A DNA stretch of 63,601 bases, the filler included, from Chiloscyllium plagiosum (lineage: Eukaryota), in assembly GCF_004010195.1 (NCBI RefSeq). It is 6 parts of one record of this genome, joined end to end, with 100 filler letters (N's around TTAATTAATTAA, not from the genome) between each part and the next. Parts side by side here need not be neighbours in the genome. Positions count along the whole stretch, not along the records: positions 1 to 5,474 come from NC_057711.1; positions 5,575 to 15,536 come from NC_057711.1; 4 more parts are not named here. One strand, written 5' to 3'. Shown here one piece after another: positions 1 through 10,640 of this stretch (the first letter of the stretch is position 1; each line of letters starts with the position of its first letter). Below the pieces are notes generated by a model. It did no database searches and had not been told where the DNA came from. It saw nothing but the letters and a program-made list of their open reading frames with translations. The translations under genes were made by a program, and so were the position numbers.

Positions 1-219
1 AGTTAACAGTGAGCACCCCACCCCCACCACCACCTCGGTATATTTGGTTATGTTAATACCATATATAAACATATAACTATAAAATTACCAGTTCAACAAA
101 TAATAATTAAATATGATAATACAAAATAACGAAGGGAAAACAACCCCGCTCCTAAAGACAGAGGTAAAATCGAATAAGGTAACCACCTCCCCCCACCCAC
201 ATTAACCAAATCCCCCAGT

Positions 220-312
220 TTATATATACATATATATACATACACATACATATATATATATATACATACATACACACACACACACACATATACATACATC
301 CCTCATATATAC
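220..312. repeat. (TA)n/(CA)n/(TACA)n microsatellite within the L1 spacer
   Basis: Directly visible. Confidence 0.9.
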
Positions 313-552
313 ATAAAATAATAACAGAAAACAACTCCAAGGGGGGGGGGGGGAGAAAATCAAATCCCTCTCCCCACCCCTCATAATAATATTAAGCAAT
401 AAGGTAAGAAAAAAAAAGGGAGGGGATATAAACCAAAACGGGGAGGGGGGAAGGACGACCAACATCCATTATGTCCTACAGTTTATCTAAGAGAGTCCAA
501 GAATTCCTTAGCCTTTTCTGGTGATCCAAAGTTATATACAGAACCTTCATGG

Positions 553-1299
553 TTAAAGCGTAACATCGCTGGGTAGCGTAAGGGGTACGTTTAAGTCCCT
601 TAAACGCTTCTTCGCTTCGTCGAATGCCTTCCTCTTTCGAACCAGATCTTTGTAGATCATAGCTTGGGGGTCTTTTCCGAGATTTCTAGAGGCTTCTAGG
701 AGTATCTGCCTCTCCCTGTAGCTCTGCAGCCGGAACAGGGCCGGGCGCGGGCGCTGGTTCGGGCCGGGCCCGCGTATTGCTACCCGGTAGGCCCATTCCA
801 CCCTTACCTGGCCTGGTCCAGCTTGCAGATTTAAAAGTTGTGGCAGCCACTGCTCCAGGAATGCTGTAAGCTGGCCTTCCTCTTCCTGTTCGTGAAGGCC
901 CAGCAAACGAATATTTTTTCGACGACCTCGATTATCGAGGTCGTCAATATGATTTTCCAAGGTCCGGACTCGCTGCTCGAGAGTCCGGACCTGATCCACG
1001 GCCGATTGAGCGGTTGTCTCGGAGGTCGCGGCCTTTAGCTCCGCCCCTCCGACTCGGCGTTGAATTTCTTCAATTTCACGGTCGTGCTTCTGCAGCGCGG
1101 CCGAGAGCGACTCCCAGCGATTCCTGGATTCGACGATACAGGCATCGATCTTCGAGTCAAGCTTGGAAAGCATTTCTGCAAGACTTGCTACTGTTGGTAA
1201 GTCTCCCGGGGCGGCTGTGGACGCCTCTGCTGCAGCTGTAGAGTGTGGGGGAGGGGTTCCTGCTTGCTGAGAGCTGCGGGCTCCCTTCCCTTTAGTCAT
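553..1299 (-). pseudogene. L1 ORF1p (coiled coil + RRM), C-terminally damaged
   Basis: Heptad region followed by DLDNRGRRKNIRLLGL..EE and VEWAYRV motifs; lacks the GSKIMFFQDFS segment present in the second copy. Confidence 0.85.
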
Positions 1300-1483
1300 T
1301 TTAACTTAGGATAAAGTTGCTTAAATGTAATATTACACAACTAATTGAGTTACTAAACTATTATAAATGATTTATAAATGATTTGGTGAGCTTGGTAGGG
1401 GGTAGGTGACCCACTGTGCCCAAGTCTTGGGAGGAGCACTATAGACTCAGTCTTACTGGGTCGCCGCCATCTTGGATCCCCCC

Positions 1484-1945
1484 ACCGTCCATTTTAATTA
1501 TTCTTCCCACTCCCTTACCAACATGACCACCCTTGGCCTCCTCCATTGCCACAATGAACCAAACTGCAAATTGGAGGAACAACATGTCATCTCCCTACAG
1601 CCTGGAGGATTCAACATTGAGTTCTCCAATTTCAAATAACCTCCCTTTCCTTCCCCCTACTCCCTTCCCAGCCCCTCCCCATACCTTCTACTCCTCCTTG
1701 CCACCAACCAGATCCATTCTTCCCATTGACCTACCAGGTCATACCCTCTACCCGTCACCTATCCCCACTTCACCACCCTATCCCTGCCACCCTCTTTATC
1801 TGCAGCTCCCCTTCCACCAACCCCCAGTCCTGAAGAAGGGTTATACCCAAGACGTTGACTTCTCCACCTCCTGATGCTGCCTGGCTTGCTGTGTTCTTCC
1901 AGCCTCCAGCTTGTCTACCTTGGATTGCAGCATTTGCAGCTTTTT
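1484..1945 (+). mobile_element. Penelope-like 3' fragment (GIY-YIG end + pLTR tail with decayed hammerhead)
   Basis: HFN..SHSL....LGLLHC....KLEEQH-like remnant; tail agtcctgaagaagggttatacccaagacgttgact. Confidence 0.7.
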
Positions 1946-1949
1946 GGTC

Positions 1950-3898
1950 CCTAAAAAAGGGTCAGCCTTGGAAATGGTGATGTACTACAGCAAAAGCTTT
2001 CAATGAAGTGAGGAAACAGCTGTTATCCTTTGGGGTGATGGCACACTATGATCTAAAGTGAGATCTGGTATTGACATGCAATGACTCCCCATACAGCATT
2101 GGGGTAGTATTAGCCCATAGTTGGCCCAATGGAGAGGAACGCAGAACAGCGTATGCGTCCATGCCTTTGGATAATGCAGAGTGTAAATACACCCAGATAG
2201 AGAAAGGTTTGTATCTGGAATCAATACCAATATATTTATGGAAAACCTTTTTTGATAATAACACACTACAAATCCCAACTAGGTCTACTTAAAGAGAACA
2301 AGGCAGTGCTGCCCATAACTTCAGGCCGAATTCAGCAATGGGCTCTTATACTAAGTGCATTTAATTGCAAGTTGGAACACCGTCTGGAAAGCCAAGTAGT
2401 GAACATAGTTCTGTTGAGCTGCCTCCCATTATCAGATGCACCACCAATGATATTCCCAATGGAAGAGTCTGTAATGATATTACATTTTTTGGGCACACTT
2501 CCAGTCACAGCTGACAGTATCAGACTTTGGATGCAGAAAGATCTTTGGAAACCCAAAGGAGCACCATAACCAGAACTGAATCCTTTTTGGACCAGAGAGA
2601 CCAGCTCTCAGTAGAGGACGGCATATTGCCATGGACAGCAAGAGTGATTGTCGCAAGGAAAGGTCACCACCTGACACTGTCTGAAATCCACCAGGGTCAT
2701 CGCCAAGGTGAGGCAGTGCCCAGAGTGCCAACAAGGACAAAAATTACCACCAGCTGTTTCCTCACATCTGTGGGAATGGCCGGGTAAACCCTGGACTCAG
2801 TTACACGTTGACTATCCAGGTCCTTTCATGGGCTCAAAGTTCTTAGTCATTGTGGATGCCCACTCAAAGTGCGTTGGGTTCATTTGTCAAACACAGGGAG
2901 TAGAAAAACTGTGTATATCTTCAATACACAGACTCCCAGAAGTGTTTGTCACAGATAACAGGTCATTATTTACCAGCAGGGAATTTGGGTATTTCCTGAA
3001 GTCAAATGGGGGTCAACATCTGAAGACAGCTCCATACCACCCATCATCCAATAGCATGGCATAAAGACCAGTCCAAACGTTGATGGCTGGCTTGAAGAAA
3101 CAACCTACAGCCTTGTTAGATATCAAACTGTTCCAGTTCTTGTCTGATTATAGGGCCATCCTGCCTGTAATTACACTGGCAGAGCTGTTAATGGGGAGAC
3201 AATGCTGCACCAGACTAAATCTGATCTCCCTGGACCTGAGAAGGAGGGTGAAATGGCGCAAGAAATGCCAGTGCCAGACCCAAGTCTCCACTATCTGAGA
3301 GAGACAGTTTACTTCAGGGGATGAAATTTGGTGGAGGAACTGTGGGATTGGCCCTGCATGGGTAAGAGGTATGGTCAACATGGGGTAAGGACTAGAGACG
3401 TACAAATTTTGGGTAGTTGTGATGGTCCTGACATGGACCATATGAGAAAAGCAAACTCACAAAACGGTGCGGGAGCAAAATATACCCTGCCCCTTGGAAT
3501 AGAGGGAAAGGGTGCTGGCACCTGTGGGTTCATCCTCTCTGTCAAATGTTGACAAGACTTCTGAATCAGAGATGGACATCACGATGTAGCCACATCAACG
3601 CCTTTGCAGGTGGAAGGAGAGAGTGAATTCCTTCCAAGGCACTCCTGGAGCAAGAGGCGAGCTCCTGGATGTTACGTGCTACCTGTATCAGACACTGAGT
3701 CAGAGTAACCTGATCTGGTGCTAAAATGCCCCAGGAGGCTCCCCAAACAAAATGGCCCAGCCAATGTCCTCTCTCTTAGAGGGAGAGGGATGTAGTGATT
3801 GTAACTAGGTCAGCCAGCTGGACCCTCATAGCATGTGAGCTCCCTGATTGGGGCTATTAACCTGGTCCAATCAGGGAGCCCTGGCTGTCAGATAAAAA
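1950..3898 (+). mobile_element. Gypsy/Ty3 LTR retrotransposon 3' part (RNase H-integrase remnants, PPT, start of 3' LTR)
   Basis: RIQQWALIL, CPECQQ, WEWPGKPWTQLHVDYPGPF, VTDN..FTSREF and TAPYHPSSN motifs; PPT agagggagaggga at 3778-3790 followed by TGTAGTGATTG at 3791. Confidence 0.88.
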
Positions 3899-5220
3899 GC
3901 AGTGTGGCACTGCCCTTTGATGTGAAGGGCAGTGTTTGTCACTGGCCACCCGGGTGTTTTCCTATCTTCCTGGTGGTGGAAATTGAATAAAGATTCGTGC
4001 ACTTTGTGTCTTCCACTGTGTCTCACACCTGCACACACACCATGGGTGCTGGGGATAAAATAAGCACTACCGCACTTAGGGGGTAGTGTGGGGGTTAAAT
4101 TTAAAAAAAAAAACAGGGATGGCGGGGGCTTGCTGGAAAAAAAAGCAGTGTGGCACTGCCCTTTGATGTGAAGGGCAGTGTTTGTCACTGGCCACCCGGG
4201 TGTTTTCCTATCTTCCTGGTGGTGGAAATTGAATAAAGATTGGTGCACTTTGTGTCTTTCACTGTGTCTCACACCTGCGCACACACAAAAAGAAAAAAAA
4301 AGAAAAGGGGACTGATGAAGGGCAGTGTTTGTCACTGGCCACCCGGGTGTTTCCTATCTTCCTGGTGGTGGAAATTGGAAAAAAAATATATATATAAATG
4401 ATGGTTCCCCTTACTGTTTTGATCACACACCACTGCCCTTTGAGGTGAAGGGCAGTGTTTGTCACTGGCCACCGGGGTGTTTTCCTATCTTCCTGGTGGT
4501 GGAAATTGAATAAAGATTGGTGCACTTTGTGTCTTTCACTGTGTCTCACACCTGCACACACACACCATGCGTGCTGGGGAAAAAATAAGCACTACCAAAA
4601 AAGAAAGAAAAGAAAAAAAAAGAAAAAAAAAGAAAAGAAAAAAAAATAAATAGAGTGGCTTTGGGCACCCAGTACGGAGGAAGAAAAGAAAAAATAAACA
4701 GGAGATATTTCTCCCTCCAACTCTATTTTGCTAAGAGAAAAAAAAGCATTGTGGCACTGCCCTTTGATGTGAAGGACAGTGTTTGTCAGTGGCCACCCGG
4801 GTGTTTTCCTATCTTCCTGGTGGTGGAAATTGAATAAAAAATTTGTGCACTTTGTGTCTTTCACTGTGTCTCACACCTGCACACACACACCATGGGTGCC
4901 TGGAAAAAAATAAGCACTACCGCACTTAGATGGTAGTGTGGGGGTTAAAAAAAAAATTAAAAGAGGACACCAAACAGAAAAAAAAAAGCAGTGTGGCACT
5001 GCCCTTTGATGTGAAGGACAGTGTTTGTCACTGGCCACCCGGGTGTTTTCCTATCTTCCTGGTGGTGGAAATTGAATAAAAAATTTGTGCACTTTGTGTC
5101 TTTCACTGTGTCTCACACCTGCACACACACACCATGGATGCTGGGAAAAAAATAAGCACTACCGCACTAGGTGGTAGCGTGGGGGGGAAAAAGAAAAAAA
5201 GAAAAAGAGAGAAAAAAACA
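3899..5220 (+). repeat. Tandem array of six Tx1-like LINE 3'UTR units, each ending in an A-rich tract
   Basis: Near-identical units start at ~3899, 4145, 4316, 4398, 4746 and 4988. They contain AATAAA (the third ends just before it) and have variable A tails. Assignment to Tx1 rests on the adjacent ORF2 fragment. Confidence 0.75.
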
Positions 5221-5474
5221 AGCAGTGTGCTCCCAGCCCAACTGCTTGTTCTGTGGCGCTGTGGAGTCTGTGGACCACATATATATTGGGTGTGGGCGTT
5301 TGCACTCCTTTTTTGATTTTCTTAAAAGCCTTCTCCTCTGTTTTTGGCTGCACTTCAGTCCCACGCTCCTGATCTTTGGGCACCCGGTACGGAGGAGGGA
5401 GAGCAGGTCTGAAGACCTCCTCGTGGGTCTGCTCCTGGGCCTGGCCAAGCTGGCCATCAACAGGTCCAGGCAGC
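5221..5474 (+). mobile_element. Tx1-clade LINE ORF2 C-terminal fragment (zf-RVT CCHC region), cut by an assembly gap
   Basis: SQPNCLFCGAVESVDHIYIGC..L...F...LLIFG...LLLGLAKLAINRSR is typical of the Tx1/L1 ORF2 C-terminus. Confidence 0.8.
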
Positions 5475-5574
5475 NNNNNNNNNNNNNNNNNNNNNNNNNN
5501 NNNNNNNNNNNNNNNNNNTTAATTAATTAANNNNNNNNNNNNNNNNNNNNNNNNNNNNNNNNNNNNNNNNNNNN
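5475..5574. other. Assembly gap linker
   Basis: N44-TTAATTAATTAA-N44. Confidence 0.98.
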
Positions 5575-6325
5575 CATCCCTGCTGAGGTATTGCACCATT
5601 GAACTTTGGCCAGCTCCTCCCTCATAGATCCATATTTCTTTTTATTCAACAGAAGTACTGTCACTTCCGACAGTACCCTCTCCCTCTTAGATTGCAGATT
5701 GAAGCTTATTGTATTATGGTCACTACTTCCCAATGGCTCCTTCACTTCGAGGTCTCTGACCAATTATGGTTCGTTCCACAATACCAGATCCAGAATTGCC
5801 TTCTCCCTGGTCGGCTCCAGCACTAGCTGCTCTAAGAATCCATCTCTGAGGCACTCTACAAAGTCTCTTTCTTGTGGCCCAATACCATCCTGATTCTCCC
5901 AGTCTACCTGCATGTTGAAGTCCCCCATAACAACTGTAGTAACATCTTTGCGACAGGCCAATTTCAGCTCCTGATTTAACTTACATCCGACATCCAGACT
6001 ACTGTTTGGGGGCCTGTGGATGACTCCCAAGAGGGTCTTTTTACCCTTGGTATTTCGAAGCTCTATCCACACTGACTACATCTCCTGACTCTAGGTCCCC
6101 CCGCGCAAAGGACTGAATATCATCCCTTACTAATAAGGCCACCCCACCCCCTCTGCCCATCAGTTTGTCCTTACGATAACACGTGTATCCTTGAATATTC
6201 ATTTCCCAGGCCCTGCCCACTTGAAGCCACGTCTCAGTTATCCCCACAATATCGTATCTGCCAATTTCCAAAAGAGCCTCAAGCTCATCCATCTTATGTC
6301 TAATGCTTCGTGCATTAGACATAAG
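5575..6325 (-). mobile_element. CR1/HER1-type LINE, APE endonuclease region
   Basis: NARSIR, GITETWL, GGGVAL, YRPP-like, GDFN, ILDLVL and GSSDH motifs. Confidence 0.9.
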
Positions 6326-6479
6326 ATAGATTGGGTTGGGATATCTGGTCAGCATGGACAGGTCGGACTGAAGGGTCTGTTTACATGCTGTACATCTCTA
6401 TGACTCTGACCACACAGAGAGAATACCTTCACACAGAGAATACCTTCCTTCATGTGTGGCACTATTACTGTGCTAAATA

Positions 6480-7598
6480 GGACAGACTTTGCACAGATCT
6501 AACAATCAAGACTGGGCATCCAGGAGACACTGTGGGCTAATATCCCCCACTAAACCATTACCATCAAGCCAGGTGATCAACCTTGGTTCAACAGAGTGCA
6601 GGAGGGCATGGTAGGAGCAGCAGCAGGCATACCTAAAAAGGAGGTGCCAACCTGGGTGAAGCTACCAGATAGGTGGGCTAAACCGCATAAGCAGCAAGAA
6701 GTCTGCAGAGCTAAGTGAGTCCCACAGAGAATGGATCAAGTTTAAGCTCCGCAGTCCTGCCACAGCCAATTGAGATCGGTGGTGGACAATTAATCAACTC
6801 ACGGGAGGAGACAAATCCACAAATACCCCCATTCTTAATAATGGAAGAGGGGAGAAAGTGAAGACTGCAGATGCTAGAGATCAGAGTCAAATAGAATGGT
6901 GCTGGAAAAGCACAGCAGCAGAATCCTGCTCCTCGGATGCTGCCTGACCTGCTGTGCTTTACCACTGCATTAGCTTTTCATCCACATCCAAGGCAGCAAT
7001 CTTCTGCCAGAAGTGCCAAGCGGATGATCCATCTTGGCCTCCTCAGTGATCCCCAGCACAGATAGCAGTCTTCAGCCAATTCAATTCACTCCACGTGATA
7101 TCAAGAAAAGATTGGAGACACTGGATACTGCAAAATCTATGGGCTTTGACAACATTCTGGTAAATAGTAAAAGACTTGTGCTCAAGGACTTGATGCTCCT
7201 CCAGCCAAGCTCTTCCAATGCATTTACACCACTGGCATCTACCCAGTGTGGAAAATTGCCCAGGTATGTGCTGTATATAAACAGGACAAATCCAACTTGG
7301 ACAATTATCGCTCCGTCAGTCTACTATCGATCATCAGTAAAATGATGAGGGGTGTCATCAATATTGTTATCAAACAGCACTAACTCAGCACAAACCTATT
7401 CATTCAGTGATGCCTAGTTTGGGTTTCACCAGGGTCACTCAGCTCCTGAAGTCATTTCAGCATTGGTTCAAGCATGGACAAATAAACTGAATTCCAGAGG
7501 TAAGGAGTATGACAGCATCAAGGAGCCCTCGCAAAACTGGAATCACCGGGTACCCAGGAGCAAACTGTTTGTTTGAAATCATACCTGGCACATAGGAA
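6480..7598 (+). mobile_element. Decayed CR1-superfamily (L2/Crack-like) LINE ORF2 fragment
   Basis: QPWFN, DIKKRLETLDTAKSMGFDNI, NY.P.SLLSIISK and FGF..GHS remnants. Confidence 0.65.
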
Positions 7599-7599
7599 A

Positions 7600-10500
7600 G
7601 TAGTGATTGTAATGAGGTCAACCAGGTGGACCTCAAAACAAATTGCTGGAAAAGCTCAGCATGTCTGGCAGCATGATTGTTCCATACAACAAGAGTTCCC
7701 TACTTGGGAACGTTAATCTAGGCCAATTAAGGAACTCTGGCTGACATAAAAGGATGAGTGTCAGACATCCTATTCACTCAGAGATGACTCTCAGGGAGCT
7801 GGACCGGTGTCAAGGGCTTTCCACATGCAAGTAAAGGTGACTTAGTGATACCAGCCTCTGTGGAGTTGTTTCAGTGGTGACAAGAGTGAGGTATGTTACT
7901 AAAAAAACTCATTGCAATATTCATCTTCAAGTTGGGGTCAGCATTTCTGGCATCATCACGTTATTTAGGAGGCTTCAATCACTGAACACAGGGCCCCCAA
8001 ATACATGTTTTTTTTTCCCAGGCAAATGACATTGGGGCAAATGAAAAGCAACGAGTAACTCTCCTGACAACCTGTGGACCTGCAGTATTTTTTGTTATTA
8101 GGAGCCTAACTTTCCTTGAGGCATCAAATGTTAAAACAACCCTAAGCCTCTTCTAATTCTGAGGTGCTATTGTGACAATACTATGGCTTTAAGAGGTGTC
8201 TTTTGTCCTTTGGTTTTAAAGGACAAAGGTGGAGACAGAGGTACTGAGCAAGCTGCTCAAAGCTAATACAGTAAATACCTCGAGGAGCCATGGGGATGTT
8301 ATGTTTTAAAATGTTGGGACAATAGAAGCAGCCTAAATGGGTGGGATTGAGTTACCACAGAACCTGAATTTTTAGTTTTCGCTTGAAGCTAGATGTGGAA
8401 AGCCTTATTCCTCTCTCTGTTACCACGAGAAACTGGAGCTCTCTTCCTGCTTCTGTAATTACTGAATTTTCCTTTGCCAAGGGTGTGCCAGGGGATGTTG
8501 GAACTGTTAATTAGTAGTAGTTAAAGTGTATCATTTTAGGCATTTTGATCATGACAATTAAGCAAATTACTTTCTTTTCTTTGTATTTTGTCTGTAGTTT
8601 GGCTATAGTGTAAAATACAAGTGTGGTTTGCTTAAAGTAAAGTAGCTTGACTAATCGAATTGCATCTGGAACACAACATCTTACACTTTCCTTTAGAACA
8701 AGATAAAGTTACAGTCTAGCCTAATATCGTAATATATTTTGAGGGTGTTTGGGCAGAGGCTGTTTTCCCTGGAGCATTAGAGGCTGAAGGGTGACCTTAT
8801 AGAGGTCTATAAAATTATGAGGGGCATGGATATGGCTATATGAATAGGAAGGATTTAGAGAGATATGGGCCAGGTGCTGGCAGGTGGGACTAGATTAGGT
8901 TAGGATATTTGGCTGGCATGGACGAGTTGGACTGAAGGTCAGTTTCTGTGCTGTACATATTTGTGACTATGTGTGAATTCAGTTTAGTTTTTAAACGAGA
9001 TGCTTCGAGACCGGTTGGTATGTGGGATTAGTGATGTAACCATGCAAAGCACCTATCAGCTGAAGCTCAACTGGACTTTAAACATGCACCACAACTGGCT
9101 TTTTCCATTGGAAAACGTGGCAAGTGGAGCATGAGTTGTCGGATGTTCTGACAGCGTCAGGACACCCTCACCAGTCTGACTGAGCTGGAGGGGAACACCA
9201 CTTGAGTGGTGGCATATGCATAGTCTCACTCAGGACAAATCCTGAACAAAGGAGCTCTAGGTCAGCTCACAGCAAAATCCCTAAAACAAAGCCAAGCCCC
9301 AGCCAAAGGGGTGCAATTTTGATCAGGGTCCAGCTCTACCTGACATAGTCCTTGCCAATATGCTGAATGAAGACAGCAAAGCTGTCCCATTAGACCTAAA
9401 CAGACTAAGGACAGCTCATAGGTTAACATGAAGAGCGCACACCCTGGGAAGTTCACCGACATCTGGAACAGTTAAATTGCTAAGTAACATCTAAATCAGA
9501 ACCAATTAGAATGGTTAAATTGTCATCTGTTGTGAAGGGAGGGTGAAGTTACAGTGATGACAACAAGCCTTTAGCAAAACCAGTTCTGGACTGCAAGGCC
9601 ACGGCTCGCACTAACGAGAAGCAGCTGGTTCAGTTATCAGTGATAGTAGTGGAAGGGCCGGGCCCAAGCTTGCTGGGTAAACGTGTGAGAGAGACAGAGA
9701 CAGAGACAGAGACAGAGTGGAGGTTTTCAGGAAAGTCTAGGGACTATCAAACGTCACCTTGCATGTTCACTAGGAAGCAATTCCACAAGGCCTGCCCACT
9801 ACTACTTGTCTCACAGGAAACACGTAGAGGCAGAAATCAGAAGGCTGAAAAGGAGAAGGAATCCTCAAACCAGCCCAGCTTGCAAAATGGCAGCACCGAT
9901 TGCTTCAATTTGGAAGCCCAACGGATTGGTTCGCCTTTGCGGAGATTTTATACCAACAATAAACCACTTTCTGCAGTGGTTAGATATGGATTCTCAGAAA
10001 TATTTAATAACCTTAAGATTTGTAACAATATATGAGATGTATTTGGTTTATTGTCATCCCGTGCAATAACAGGGAGGAATAGGAGAACACAGAGAACTTG
10101 GACACAGTCCTTAGACATTTCTCCCAGGCAGGGGCATACCTAAGGATGGAATAACAGGTTTTCCCCACGTTGCATACCTGAGCTAGAGTTGACAAGACCA
10201 AGTTACACCCATTGGAAGATAAAGTGAGGGCGATCAAAGATACCCCAGCTCCCATGTTTGTACCATAGCTCAGATCTTTCTTTCAGGTGGTAAACTATTT
10301 TGGAAAGTTCATTCATAACCTGGTTTCCAGCTTGGCAATTTTGCATTAACTCCTTAAAAAAAAAAGTCAGCCTTGGGAATGGTCACGTAGCTAAGCTATA
10401 GCTTTCAGGGAAGTGAAGAAACAGCTATCAACCTGAGGTGTTGGCACATTATCGATTCCAAGATCTGGAATTGGCATGATTTGCCTCCCTGTTTGGCATT

Positions 10501-10640
10501 GTGGTAGTATTAGAGCATGGGTGACCAACGGCAAGGAACTGCTCAACAGCGTCTACATCTAGGACTTTGTCTAATGCAGTGCATAAATAGGCCTAGATTG
10601 ATACAGGAGGAAGGTTTGGCAGTCACATTTGGAGAAAGGT
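7600..10640 (+). mobile_element. Second Gypsy copy of the same family: 5' LTR (7600-7873), PBS-like TGGTGACAAG, decayed gag-pol with nested insertions
   Basis: LTR start matches the LTR at 3791; gag remnant FFQANDI..EKQRVTLLTTCG; RT remnant KPNGLVRLCGDF; 10356-10640 is homologous to 1950-2230. Confidence 0.8.
8171..8750 (+). mobile_element. Probable LTR of another family nested in Gypsy gag; 3' end cut by a CR1 tail (8752-8972)
   Basis: Starts TGTGACA; its end (ttttgaggg) resembles the terminus of the solo LTR at 32734-33326 read on the minus strand. Confidence 0.5.

Larger units (their letters stand above)
1..1483 (-). mobile_element. L1 LINE, 5' portion (5'UTR, ORF1, inter-ORF spacer); continues beyond the window start
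   Basis: 5' end GGGGGATCCAAGATGGCGGCG; L1 ORF1 at 553-1299; CpG-rich, so relatively young. Confidence 0.85.

Noticed and set aside
93..465. Hydrophobic or Tyr/Val-rich short ORFs
   Set aside because: Translations of microsatellite and low-complexity L1 spacer.
3899..5220. CRISPR-like repeat/spacer array or snRNA gene cluster
   Set aside because: Vertebrate context, ~200-nt units with AATAAA and A tails, no cas genes and no recognisable snRNA; better explained as LINE 3' ends.
5519..5530. TTAATTAATTAA palindrome repeated five times
   Set aside because: Centred in fixed-length N runs; an assembly linker.
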